Part shown: positions 9,326-18,289 of the stretch, piece by piece
How the letters are laid out: every line of letters begins with the position of its first letter
Numbering within the stretch: the stretch's first letter is position 1
Origin: Alphaproteobacteria bacterium
GTDB lineage: Bacteria > Pseudomonadota > Alphaproteobacteria > CAAHEQ01 > UBA3637
Length of the DNA: 33,109 nucleotides
Direction of reading: 5' to 3'
Assembly: GCA_045617605.1 (NCBI GenBank)
Contig: JAZLIX010000017.1
Location: 1-33,109, forward strand
The notes under the pieces: generated by a model
What the model saw: only the letters and a program-made list of their open reading frames with translations
The model's database searches: none
What the model was told of the DNA's origin: nothing
Made by a program: the position numbers and the translations under genes

Positions 9326-9733
9326 TCAGTTCACGGTATAGAACAAATGATTACCAATATGGGCTGATGGAATTACCCCGCGTGCCCAATAGGGATTGAC
9401 TTGAAGGGCGTGATAATGGGTTGCCCCACAGGTATTATCGGTCAGGTTTCCATGCAGAGCCCTTAAAGCAACTCGTTTACAAATTTGATAAACAGGGTCA
9501 TCTGATAAATCTTGTTGTAACAGTTTGAAGTTGGGGTCTGTTGGGTTCCAACAAGAAAATTGTTGAGGTTTTAAACAAATTTCAATGATTGTTTTTCCCC
9601 ACCACGTCCGTTGTTGGTGTAAAGCCATTTTATGACGGTTTAAAATCACATTAGCAACGGCCTCAATTCCAGACAAAGATTCCCCCCTGGCTTCGCCATA
9701 AAGGGTCTTGGCAAAAATTTCTAATTCATCCAT
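9326..9733 (-). CDS. Cell-wall hydrolase of the SleB/CwlJ (Hydrolase_2) family, putative endolysin
   Basis: LYGEARGES...IEAVANVILNR...QQFSCWN...ATHYHA...IGNHLFY matches the conserved blocks of this family. Confidence 0.85.
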   Translation of the reverse strand: MDELEIFAKTLYGEARGESLSGIEAVANVILNRHKMALHQQRTWWGKTIIEICLKPQQFSCWNPTDPNFKLLQQDLSDDPVYQICKRVALRALHGNLTDNTCGATHYHALQVNPYWARGVIPSAHIGNHLFYTVN

Positions 9734-9751
9734 TTTGTTATCCTTTCATTT

Positions 9752-11143
9752 TTAGGAACGCCATAAGGGGCGATTTCGGTTAAAACTGATGATTCGTGGT
9801 AGGCGGACTGGTTCTGATAACAGGCATCCTGCCACCGCATCCAATCCATCATCATGGGTTCGACCTGAGGCATTAAAGTCCTGCATTTCACTGACAAAAG
9901 GGGTGCTCATAACTGATGAATGGACATAAAGTGATCCGTTCATTAAGGGGGCTTCTAAAGCCCCTAAAATGCGTTCGGATTTATTTTGATGTGATGTTTT
10001 TTCTAGAATAGCGCATCCCATACGGCGACGGGAAAATTCTTGTCTTAAAAGGGCTGGCAAGAATCGTCCAATGCCATTTGTTTCCAGATGAACGGCAGGC
10101 AAATAATTATCCCACACAAAGTCGGCAACTTGTCGGCATTGCCAACTGGTTGATTCTTCTGCTTCAGGAACTTGCAGATATTTCATGGCGTGCAGGTAAT
10201 AGTTGCCGTCCTCGCCTGTAAAAACGCAAGCAATCACGCTGGCATCTCCGCCCGCTTTTCCAAAGGCGGGATCCCACCAACAACTGGCTGACATCATTTT
10301 TATATCTCCGATTTTCAGCAAGCCATATCCATTGGCTTCCCTATATAAAAGAGGAGTGTCATACATTTTAAGGCGTTTACTATCCAAGCGACTCTCATCA
10401 AATTTGACCGCTTGCAATAACATTTGGCTGGCAAATTTATTGGGGGTCGTAGAACGCCTGATTTCTTCAATTTTTTGTAATGAAAAGCGTTCAGGCCAAA
10501 CAGAGTCTCCCTTTAAATTCAACAAGGGGAGTTTCAGCCAATGCCAGCCTTCTTTTTTTTGATAAATGGTGTCTTCAGCATGGGGTGTCCCGATATACAA
10601 CATCATTCCACCAGGGGTTAGAATGTAGTCCAACTCTGCCAATTTTGTGCGCAGGTCCTTGCGCTTTAAGGCATTATTGCAAGTCTTGGGAACTTCCACG
10701 TCATCACATAAAATGATGTCTGCCCGACAGCCTGTCATATTGGCGGATAGTCCCCGAGCCAGCATAGAAGGGTCTCGTCCGACTTGAGTGCGTTTGATGG
10801 TAAAACGATCACTAGCCCATTCTTCTGCTTTATGGGGCTTCATTCCAAAACAAGCCGGATGATGCTCAATAATATGCTTGGTGTGGGCAACCATTTTTTT
10901 GGCCAGCGTATGATCGGCGGAAACCACCAACAACCTGAGATTCGGTTTTTGTAATAAGACCCAAGCACAAAATAACCCCACTAATGTTGATTTTCCGGAA
11001 TTACGGAAAGCCAAAAGCAGACCTTTTCGACCATTGGAACAGTTAAATAAATCTTCCAAAAATTGTCCAATGACTTTATGGTGGCGAGGTAATTTTAGAC
11101 CATTTACCTTATCCCAAATCCAAAGAAATTCCAGAAAAGTCAT
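9752..11143 (-). CDS. terL: Phage terminase large subunit
   Basis: 463 aa. N-terminal LPRHHKVIGQFLEDL block, Walker A-like FRNSGKST, Walker B-like ILCDDVE, and a C-terminal nuclease-like region with acidic residues (WWDPAFG, HDDGLDAVA). Confidence 0.85.
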   Translation of the reverse strand: MTFLEFLWIWDKVNGLKLPRHHKVIGQFLEDLFNCSNGRKGLLLAFRNSGKSTLVGLFCAWVLLQKPNLRLLVVSADHTLAKKMVAHTKHIIEHHPACFGMKPHKAEEWASDRFTIKRTQVGRDPSMLARGLSANMTGCRADIILCDDVEVPKTCNNALKRKDLRTKLAELDYILTPGGMMLYIGTPHAEDTIYQKKEGWHWLKLPLLNLKGDSVWPERFSLQKIEEIRRSTTPNKFASQMLLQAVKFDESRLDSKRLKMYDTPLLYREANGYGLLKIGDIKMMSASCWWDPAFGKAGGDASVIACVFTGEDGNYYLHAMKYLQVPEAEESTSWQCRQVADFVWDNYLPAVHLETNGIGRFLPALLRQEFSRRRMGCAILEKTSHQNKSERILGALEAPLMNGSLYVHSSVMSTPFVSEMQDFNASGRTHDDGLDAVAGCLLSEPVRLPRIISFNRNRPLWRS

Positions 11144-11390
11144 CGGTATTTAGTTCCTTTTTTGCTTGATCTAATAAAGTGCTGATATCAGGAATAACCG
11201 GTTCCAGTGTGGGTTCTTTTTGTGTCAGCTTCACTAATAAGGCCACGTGCAAAAGGGCGGCTTTACAAGCAGTGTGATAGGCATTAAATTCTTTTGTTTC
11301 ACTGGGAGCTGGTTCATTTGAAAAAGCTAAATAATCGGACAAGGCTTTTTGTAAGGCGGGGACAAGTTCCTTTCCTACTTCAAAACTCAT
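11109..11390 (-). CDS. Small protein immediately upstream of terL (positional candidate for the small terminase subunit)
   Basis: 93 aa. ATGA start/stop overlap with the upstream gene, and the 3' end overlaps the terL start by 35 nt. The position is analogous to T7 gp18. No recognisable motif. Confidence 0.4.
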   Translation of the reverse strand: MSFEVGKELVPALQKALSDYLAFSNEPAPSETKEFNAYHTACKAALLHVALLVKLTQKEPTLEPVIPDISTLLDQAKKELNTDDFSGISLDLG

Positions 11391-11863
11391 TTAATCATGG
11401 TCCGACTGAAACTGGTACTGATATTACCTAAAGTATTTAAGGAACTGAGTTTACTTTCAGAACTTAAACTATTCAGGCGCAATAAGTTAGTACTATTGGT
11501 ATTTCCCAAACTATTTAACAACGCCTCAGAAGAAATTTTGGCTTGATTTTGCAGGTATTTATCCTCAATATCATGTTCTCTTTGCAGGGCGTTTAAATAA
11601 GTTTGACCGGTTCCTGATTTACTGCTGGTTCCCAAAGCCCCTAAAGAAGCCTTATAGGCGGCCTGTTGTTGAAGCAGTAAATTTCTTTTTTTTCTTTGTT
11701 GTTCAGCCAAAGCTAACTTGGCTTGTTCATCTTGCAGTCTGGTATTTTCAGCCGCCGTCCGATTGGCATTTTTAATGGTTTTCTTTTGACGGTCAGAATT
11801 GACTTTTGTATAATATGCACTTGCCAAAGCACTGGCAATAGTGACAACGATAGCAGCTTCCAT
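11387..11863 (-). CDS. Small virion-associated or internal protein (N-terminal TM plus Q/K/L/S-rich coiled coil)
   Basis: 158 aa. Starts 2 nt after the nozzle gene stop. N-terminal hydrophobic MEAAIVVTIASALASAYY, then low-complexity helical sequence. Sits where T7-like phages place their internal virion proteins. Confidence 0.45.
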   Translation of the reverse strand: MEAAIVVTIASALASAYYTKVNSDRQKKTIKNANRTAAENTRLQDEQAKLALAEQQRKKRNLLLQQQAAYKASLGALGTSSKSGTGQTYLNALQREHDIEDKYLQNQAKISSEALLNSLGNTNSTNLLRLNSLSSESKLSSLNTLGNISTSFSRTMIK

Positions 11864-11864
11864 T

Positions 11865-13790
11865 TTATCCTCCTATTTTAATATCGCTGACAACGGATAC
11901 AAGTTTAAAGGTGGCGGGTAAAGTTCCCTTGATTTCCCATAAAGCGTTTTGGGGATTTCTGTGCCATCCTAATCCTCTGATGACTAAATCCAGTGTGTGT
12001 TTTTGTGGGATACTGTCCATTTGGTAATTTGCCAAATTTGGTACCAATTCTTGATGGAGTCCAGATCCTGTATCAATTTCAACACTTTGGGTATCTACAA
12101 CACGAAAAACGCCCCGAATAAATCTGGCATTGGTAACAGGAGCAGGTCCATTATTTGCTCCAGTAATTGGGGGCAGAGGGGCAATCAGATGTGTGAAGGC
12201 TAATCCTACTTCTACTGCAGAGGCGGGTGTTAAAAGGGTTAAAGTTCCATTTTCAATTATTTGTGGGTCTTGAACTCGTCCATCAGCGACAATTTGAACT
12301 TGTTGTCTTTCCAATACAGTAAGCCCTGTCCATATGTCTGTGGCTGGAGTGGCACTCAATAAGAATCCTCTATCAGTATGCAGGTCTTCATTAAATTTTT
12401 CTAGATAATAGGTGTTATCCTCTTTAATAATAAAGTAAGCATTTCCACCGCAAACGGTCACGTTTTGAAAAGCACCTTGTGTGGTTTGATGTGTCCAGCT
12501 CTGCATATCTTCAGCACGAAAACTGGTGAGGACAGATAAACTCCCATCTTGCATCACGACATAGGCTTGACGTAAGTATTTATCGTACGCCATATCCACA
12601 GGTTTATCAATTAAATGATGGGCTAGTAAGGAAAGGTCGGTTGCTTGATAGACACCTTCTAAATCCGAAAATAAAAATTCCCGAATTTCTTTCCCATTGG
12701 CGGCTGCAAAAATGGTGGCTCCATCTATTCCGACAGGGGGAATAAAGTGTGTATCATCTGACCCTACTTGCGTTTGGCGTTTTAACTGAATGGAGGTCGG
12801 CGTTAAAGGATCACCTGTCACCATCCATTCGGCACTGGTGGTAAAAACTTGTAAATGACGTCCAGCAAATAAAGCACAAATTTTATTGGCTTGGTCTGAC
12901 ATCAATGAAAAAGTAATGGCTTCACTGTCCAGCGCTGTTCCTTCTTCAAAGTTTGAAATGTCTTCAGTTTGACTGAACCACAAGGTGTTTGGTAAATCTT
13001 TAGACCCACCGAATACCAATCTGGATTGATAAGTTGTCACAGTTGTCGGCCACCCATGTTCGCTGCATAGGGCTGGTTCTCCCCAATAGCGTGTGGGATT
13101 TAAAGGGGTCGAATCAGCAATATCGTTCTCTTCCATCAGCTTTTTTAAAACAGTTGCGGTGGCAGTTGTAGTATTACTGACGCCGGTAATTCTGACATAG
13201 CCATCGGCTAGTTTAAATTGCTTACCAATGTGGGTATTGGTGAATACATTGGCACTGGCGGTTAAGGTCACGTTTCCGCCACATCCTGATGAAGCTATTG
13301 TTACATTGTCTGCTACAAAACGAGCATAGGGTTGGTGGATATAATTGTTGGCATTTAAAAAGTCAAAATTATTCCCAGTCCAAGTGTTATTTTTGAAAGT
13401 GAATTGATAAGGTTGAACATCAGCGTGAACGACAATCAGTCCGTCGGACAAAGCGCACCAACAAAGTTTATCTAATTGTGCCGTTGTCCAAGGGGTTGTC
13501 AGGGTTGCCTGTAAAACTTCATTTTTGTAAATTTGCGTTTCTTCATTTAAAATCAAAAATAAATAGGTGTTTTGGCTATCCTGCTCATAACTGATGAGGC
13601 GTGCTTTTCCGTTCAAGGTTTGTAAGTATTGAAGACCCGGGCGACGATGAATACCCCCAGTGGGTTCAATAAAAACATTTTCCAACTTTAAGGCGCCGTT
13701 GGCATAAGCATTTAAATCGGCTCGTCCCAACAGATCAGGGGACAATTCCCCTGCGGTAAAGTTGGTTTTAGTGGTAAATAAGTTTGTCAT
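11865..13790 (-). CDS. Podovirus tail tubular protein B / nozzle-like protein
   Basis: 641 aa. The N-terminal FTAGELSPDLLGRADLNAYANGALKLENVFIEPTGGIHRRPG is the block I associate with nozzle proteins of podoviruses. ATGA overlap with the upstream adaptor gene. Confidence 0.65.
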   Translation of the reverse strand: MTNLFTTKTNFTAGELSPDLLGRADLNAYANGALKLENVFIEPTGGIHRRPGLQYLQTLNGKARLISYEQDSQNTYLFLILNEETQIYKNEVLQATLTTPWTTAQLDKLCWCALSDGLIVVHADVQPYQFTFKNNTWTGNNFDFLNANNYIHQPYARFVADNVTIASSGCGGNVTLTASANVFTNTHIGKQFKLADGYVRITGVSNTTTATATVLKKLMEENDIADSTPLNPTRYWGEPALCSEHGWPTTVTTYQSRLVFGGSKDLPNTLWFSQTEDISNFEEGTALDSEAITFSLMSDQANKICALFAGRHLQVFTTSAEWMVTGDPLTPTSIQLKRQTQVGSDDTHFIPPVGIDGATIFAAANGKEIREFLFSDLEGVYQATDLSLLAHHLIDKPVDMAYDKYLRQAYVVMQDGSLSVLTSFRAEDMQSWTHQTTQGAFQNVTVCGGNAYFIIKEDNTYYLEKFNEDLHTDRGFLLSATPATDIWTGLTVLERQQVQIVADGRVQDPQIIENGTLTLLTPASAVEVGLAFTHLIAPLPPITGANNGPAPVTNARFIRGVFRVVDTQSVEIDTGSGLHQELVPNLANYQMDSIPQKHTLDLVIRGLGWHRNPQNALWEIKGTLPATFKLVSVVSDIKIGG

Positions 13791-14356
13791 CCACGTACCT
13801 CAATCAATGAAAAATCTTGAAAAGTTGAATTGACATTTTGCTGTGAATCAACCAGACGAGCTGTCGAAATACTTGTTTCTGACATTTTTTTGACATACTC
13901 CGTACGGGTGGTGCTTTCGGTTAAGGGCAGACAGAATTCAGTGGCTAATTTTCCAACCAAGGCTTCTACAAAAAAGGCAGGGAAAGTGTTTTCTTCGGGG
14001 CGACGAATATAATTTAAAACAACCTTATCGGCATTAGTGTACAGTTTTTGTCCCACGATTTTATAATTCAGTCCTGAGCTTTTCACATTTTGTCCGGCAG
14101 ACAAAACACGCACACAATCATTGGGGAGTTGGTATGCATATTGATAATCTGACACGGGGTTTTCAGTTAAACGGGCTAGTGTTTTTTGGGTTAAGGCAAA
14201 GCGCCATGGATAAGAGGCCAATAAGTTTTGTAGCGTTGGCTCATACAGTTGGTTGGCGACTTCGGCTTCGGCAGTTTCTTCTTCAAAGGAAGTGATGCTT
14301 TTCGCACCAATTTTAATCAAGGCTTTGGAACAAAGCGTAATGGCAGTATCACTCAT
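13787..14356 (-). CDS. Podovirus head-tail adaptor / tail tubular protein A-like
   Basis: 189 aa. The LCSKALIKIGAKSITSFEE...YPWRFAL...YQYAYQLPNDCVRVL pattern is typical of this adaptor family. First gene after the capsid terminator. Confidence 0.6.
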   Translation of the reverse strand: MSDTAITLCSKALIKIGAKSITSFEEETAEAEVANQLYEPTLQNLLASYPWRFALTQKTLARLTENPVSDYQYAYQLPNDCVRVLSAGQNVKSSGLNYKIVGQKLYTNADKVVLNYIRRPEENTFPAFFVEALVGKLATEFCLPLTESTTRTEYVKKMSETSISTARLVDSQQNVNSTFQDFSLIEVRG

Positions 14357-14376
14357 TTTAAATCCTTTCTTAAATC

Positions 14377-14404
14377 AAAAAAAACCGACCTCGTGTGAGG
14401 TCGG
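14377..14404 (-). terminator. Rho-independent terminator directly downstream of the major capsid gene
   Basis: On the minus strand, CCGACCTC-acac-GAGGTCGG (8-bp GC-rich stem at 14385-14392 / 14397-14404) is followed by eight T (plus-strand A run 14377-14384). Confidence 0.8.
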
Positions 14405-14421
14405 CAAGGGGTGCAATTTTT

Positions 14422-15273
14422 TTATTCAGCGACTGGAACAATATCCAAACATTCCATTTTGACAACACCGTTGTCATCAATTAAACAAGCTCCTTGGCTC
14501 ATCATATTGTTGACATAATGGGCGGCATAATCACCATGCCATGTAATGTCTGTGGTAATGTCTTGACCGGCGGCGAGTCCAATGGCGGACTTGTGGTAAA
14601 TAAAGCAAGTCGTTGTGGCAGAACTGTCAGATCCGGAAGTTGGTAAGCCTGTATGCATAATCCAGTTGATGCCCATCCATTTACGGGATTCAGAACCAGA
14701 TAACAAGGGGTGTTCATCGCCCACATAGTTGGCGTTGGAAAATTCTTCCAAACTTAAAAGTTGGTTCCATTGAGCAGGTCCCACCAAAGCATAGCGTTCG
14801 CCATCATCAGGAACATCATTTGTGTTGAGTGTTTTGAAGGCCGTCAAAATACGTTCTTTGGTCAAAGCTTCTGAAGAAGTTCCGGCAGTTTGTGTACCAT
14901 CACTTAAGGCTGTGATGATCAAATCATCTGTTTTGCGACCCAAGGCATAAGCACCGGCGGTAGCCAAGACTTTACGTTCATCATGGCCGACTTTTAATTC
15001 GTCCAATTTATCTACCCATTGTCCGGCGTACCAGTCGGCCAATGTACATTCCACAGGGGCGTGTGTGACAGCGGCCGGTGTTAATTGGGCATTGCGGGCA
15101 GATTTTTGGTTGGCTGTTTGTGTTCCAATCACTTGGAAAGTTGTACTGGCACCGTTCACGTTATCTTTAAAACGAACAGTGGAACGCAATTTTGAACCTT
15201 GTTGCTGATAGGCGGTATGCACATCGGCTTCAAAGTGTTTAATAAAGGCAGCATCAATAGCTGTTGAGGTCAT
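14422..15273 (-). CDS. Major capsid protein (probable HK97 fold)
   Basis: 283 aa. Follows the scaffold gene and is followed by a strong terminator. The N-terminal FIKHFEADVHTAYQQQGSKLRSTVR...GRKTDDLIITAL pattern recalls phage capsid families. RBS aggagaaaaaaa. Confidence 0.7.
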   Translation of the reverse strand: MTSTAIDAAFIKHFEADVHTAYQQQGSKLRSTVRFKDNVNGASTTFQVIGTQTANQKSARNAQLTPAAVTHAPVECTLADWYAGQWVDKLDELKVGHDERKVLATAGAYALGRKTDDLIITALSDGTQTAGTSSEALTKERILTAFKTLNTNDVPDDGERYALVGPAQWNQLLSLEEFSNANYVGDEHPLLSGSESRKWMGINWIMHTGLPTSGSDSSATTTCFIYHKSAIGLAAGQDITTDITWHGDYAAHYVNNMMSQGACLIDDNGVVKMECLDIVPVAE

Positions 15274-15400
15274 TTTTTTCTCCTATAAAAGTTTTTAAGT
15301 TTATAAACAAATCCTTTTAATGGGTTGTGAAGAAAATTCTTCGCCGATTATCAAGGGCATTTTTGCGGGACCCATAGAGTTTATCCGCTGGTTCAAAGGG

Positions 15401-16051
15401 TTAGCCGTACAAACGGCGGAAGCCCCTTTCAACACGCTGAACCAATTCAGGATCTTGTTCTTTCCAATATTTTGGATCCTGCATCAGTCGGCGTAAAGTG
15501 ATTTCATCATCTTTGGTATTCAGCTGGCTTTTGCCGGCAATGACAGGCGATTCTTGCTTTTCCTGCATCATTCGGTAAAGCGTCATAATGCCATCTTTAG
15601 ATGTGGCTAAAGTATTAAAGGTGTTTGTGTCTAAATTCTTTTCTCCCCATTGGGATAGTTGACGGGCGATTTCATTAAAGCGTTCTGCTCCGCCAAATTC
15701 TTTTTCCAATTCCTGCAGTTCTTTATCGGCGGATAATTGTTCTGTCATCGATTGGATTTGTGGAATTAAAATTTCTGCAGCAATATCATACACGCCTTGC
15801 ACTTGTTCATTGGTGAGTCCCAGTTGAAATAAACGTTCGTTGATTACTTTATCAATGACTAACAAAGGATTTTTAAGGGTAATTTTGTATCCTTCGGCAT
15901 TGGTGGGAATTCCTTCTTTTGGGGCGCCCAGTTTCTTTTCCAAAGCGACATACGATTTGGCTAAATCATTCACATTGACATTTCCTTCTTTGTCCAAGAA
16001 TTTTTCTGGGACAACAGGGGTTTCATTTTCTTCTTTTAATAAATTGGTCAT
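15401..16051 (-). CDS. Capsid scaffolding protein
   Basis: 216 aa, acidic and helical. N-terminal PEKFLDKEGNVNVNDLAKSYVALEKKLG motif. Lies between the portal and capsid genes. Confidence 0.6.
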   Translation of the reverse strand: MTNLLKEENETPVVPEKFLDKEGNVNVNDLAKSYVALEKKLGAPKEGIPTNAEGYKITLKNPLLVIDKVINERLFQLGLTNEQVQGVYDIAAEILIPQIQSMTEQLSADKELQELEKEFGGAERFNEIARQLSQWGEKNLDTNTFNTLATSKDGIMTLYRMMQEKQESPVIAGKSQLNTKDDEITLRRLMQDPKYWKEQDPELVQRVERGFRRLYG

Positions 16052-16060
16052 TCTGACTCC

Positions 16061-16258
16061 TTATTCTTTTTTTCCTTGTTCAATCAAATTATCCAGGTAG
16101 GCTATCATGGCGCGCTGACCTTCCAAATACCACAACTCGTTTGTGGAAGCATCGGGGGCCAGTGTGCGATTTAATGTGCGGGATTTCAGGTGTTCTAACA
16201 TCTTTTTCCCGTCTGCTGTATTTGACAGCCGCACCATCACGTGTTGAATTTCTTTCAT
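16061..16258 (-). CDS. Small conserved phage protein between portal and scaffold
   Basis: 65 aa from ATG at 16258, which forms an ATGA overlap with the portal stop; the track's longer 95-aa version runs inside the portal gene. From memory, NTADGKKMLEHL...LWYLEGQRAMIAYL resembles small proteins at this position in BPP-1-like podoviruses. Confidence 0.5.
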   Translation of the reverse strand: MKEIQHVMVRLSNTADGKKMLEHLKSRTLNRTLAPDASTNELWYLEGQRAMIAYLDNLIEQGKKE

Positions 16259-17742
16259 ACACTTTCCTTTAGCGGAATTGAGGGCGTTTGAGTATTTACT
16301 TTTTCCAGCATAAAGTTGCTTGGTAATCCCAATTTTTCGGCCATCCACTTCATAATTTCAGGCACGTTTAAGGTAGTGCTGGCCTCTTGTCCTAAACTGG
16401 CGACAGAAGTCAACCACTGCAAAGCATTTTGGGCATCTTTACGGTTTTGTGTTTCAGCTCTGGGGGATTTATAGCTGACATTTAACAATCTGCCATCAAT
16501 AAAGATTTCTGGAATTTCTCCCCGTTTACGGAGCAGTGCTGTTGCCCGTTCAATGAGTGGCATCAACAACTCTGATTGCAATCGTCCATAAGTGGCGCCT
16601 AGTATTCGAATCATTTCATCAGAACGCTCTAAAACTTCTGTGGCGGTCATCTTCATATCATCACACACAGTGCCTAGTTTATCGCCCAGCAAGGCGTGGC
16701 GAATGTGTTCACGTAAGTCTTTAATCACCAGTTGTGATACATCAAACTTGCCGGGGGCTTCCAATGGGGTCAGTCCTTTAGAGCCGACAGCTTTTGGAAT
16801 AATCGCACCCGGGGTCAGATGAATGTTGGCAGGATTTAAAATGCCATCATCTTCGGCTAACCAGATACCTGTCACGGCGATTGTGGCGTTTTTTAAAATC
16901 AATTCCACAACCTTGTTGGCGGTCTTAATATCTGGCAGAGCTTTCATGACAGGGGAACGGCCGTAAACTTCCCCCGGGGCTTTCAGCCAGCGGAACGCAA
17001 TAAATGGGCTGGTGGTGTAAACAGCTTCTTTCAGGACGAAAGGGAAATCCTGATTTTTTGCGGCGAGATGCTGGCAATTGGGATCCATAAAGGCAACCGA
17101 GCGATATCCGCCATTTTGTTGGGGTAAAATCGCTTCAATCACCTGAATGGGTGTTTCATCGTCTTTATCTTGTTTTAAATATCGGCTACCAAATCGGTCT
17201 TCAAATTCTGAACGCGTCAGTGAAAAACAGCGAAAGACCTTATCTAATTTTCCTGTGGGACCTTCGCTTAAACAGAGCTCACTTAAAGGAATAGCAGTAA
17301 AGCGGAAAGCAGATGTTGCGCCAATGGGGGCTTCTTCAAACAACAGGCACGCTGTTCCTGCGGTAATTAAATCCAAATAGCATTGATGAATTTCAGTTGC
17401 AAAGTTAGATCGATCAAAATGATTTTGTAAAGTGGCTGAGATTTTTTCCAAAGTCGGTGCGCATGATTCTTTTTCACCAGTGGAAAGTTCTGTCCCTGTA
17501 CTTAAACTAAACCAGCGCATCCATGGGGGCGTCAGTTCTGATAACATCAAGGCAGCCAGTTGGTCGGTAGCATCTGGAGCTGTTGCATCAAACAGGGTAC
17601 TGATTTTACTGCTACTACTTGAAAAAACTGTTTCACGTTGAGGCAGAGCATAGGCGTAACATTCTTGCCATGTGCTTTCCCAGTTGGCACGCACAGCTAA
17701 TGCTTTTTGATAGTCACGATAAAGAGATTGAATATCTGTCAT
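16255..17742 (-). CDS. Podovirus-type portal (head-to-tail connector, T7 gp8-like family)
   Basis: RBS ggagaa, then ATG at 17742; the track uses TTG at 17745. RANWESTWQECYAYALPQRE and LFDATAPDATDQLAALMLSELTPPWMRWFSL match the conserved N-terminal blocks of this connector family. Confidence 0.85.
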   Translation of the reverse strand: MTDIQSLYRDYQKALAVRANWESTWQECYAYALPQRETVFSSSSSKISTLFDATAPDATDQLAALMLSELTPPWMRWFSLSTGTELSTGEKESCAPTLEKISATLQNHFDRSNFATEIHQCYLDLITAGTACLLFEEAPIGATSAFRFTAIPLSELCLSEGPTGKLDKVFRCFSLTRSEFEDRFGSRYLKQDKDDETPIQVIEAILPQQNGGYRSVAFMDPNCQHLAAKNQDFPFVLKEAVYTTSPFIAFRWLKAPGEVYGRSPVMKALPDIKTANKVVELILKNATIAVTGIWLAEDDGILNPANIHLTPGAIIPKAVGSKGLTPLEAPGKFDVSQLVIKDLREHIRHALLGDKLGTVCDDMKMTATEVLERSDEMIRILGATYGRLQSELLMPLIERATALLRKRGEIPEIFIDGRLLNVSYKSPRAETQNRKDAQNALQWLTSVASLGQEASTTLNVPEIMKWMAEKLGLPSNFMLEKVNTQTPSIPLKESV

Positions 17743-17781
17743 CAAAATTCTCCTAAAGGGTTGAACAAAAAAACAACCTAG

Positions 17782-17820
17782 AATAGAAAAAAGAGTCTTC
17801 TCAAAATGAAAAGACTCTTT
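17782..17820 (-). terminator. Rho-independent terminator between the two early genes and the portal gene
   Basis: Perfect 9-bp inverted repeat AAGAGTCTT (17791-17799) / AAGACTCTT (17811-17819) with an 11-nt loop. On the minus strand the hairpin runs into a run of six U followed by CUAUU. Confidence 0.7.
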
Positions 17821-17875
17821 GGATACAGTTCTAGGTTTTAACTGAAATGGATTATATCACAAAAATTTTAAAATG

Positions 17876-18274
17876 TCAAGGATTATTTTCCTTTTTTGAC
17901 AAAATAAATTGAAAAAGTTGGTATGGTGTCCATATTTTTGGACTGGAAATTCCCAAAAAACGTTTGACAGTTTCGACACAGGTCAAAGGACGAAAATAAC
18001 CTTTTTCGGTTAAGTTTAGATAAGGTGTTGTTCGTAGCAACCGATATCCTTTTTCTTTAATCAGGAATAAAAGAGCTCTGTTTCGGACAAAAATTAAATC
18101 GGTGTAATTCCAAACGGGATCAATTAAAATCCAATCAAAACCATTCCCCATAATCAAGAAACAATGATAAAATCCTTTTTTTAAAAATTTTGTCCACCAA
18201 TGAGTTGGATTTCCACCAAAAGCGACATAGGCAAATGGAAAACGATAAGATGCAAGTGTCGGATTTAAAATCAT
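17876..18274 (-). CDS. Hypothetical protein, second early gene of the particle cluster
   Basis: 132 aa, W/F/Y-rich, with conserved-looking HCFLIM and TCVETVKRFLGI blocks suggesting a small enzyme fold. No family recognised. Confidence 0.5.
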   Translation of the reverse strand: MILNPTLASYRFPFAYVAFGGNPTHWWTKFLKKGFYHCFLIMGNGFDWILIDPVWNYTDLIFVRNRALLFLIKEKGYRLLRTTPYLNLTEKGYFRPLTCVETVKRFLGISSPKIWTPYQLFQFILSKKENNP

Positions 18275-18289
18275 ATAAAACTCCTTATA

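Noticed and set aside
11865-13790. Diversity-generating retroelement, suggested by the BPP-1-like flavour of some structural genes
   Set aside because: No reverse transcriptase ORF and no template/variable repeat pair were noticed in or near the nozzle gene.
15274-15400. Internal promoter (TTGTTT-17-TATAGG) or small ORF in the 127-nt scaffold-capsid gap
   Set aside because: The candidate -10 overlaps the capsid RBS, leaving no leader. The 24-codon ORF there lacks an RBS. The GAAGAA-tt-TTCTTC palindrome has too small a loop and no U-tract.
17763-17777. GAAC-N7-CAAC near the portal start as a second SOS box
   Set aside because: One half-site is mismatched and the spacer is a plain A run. It is mentioned in the checkpoint finding but not called as a feature.
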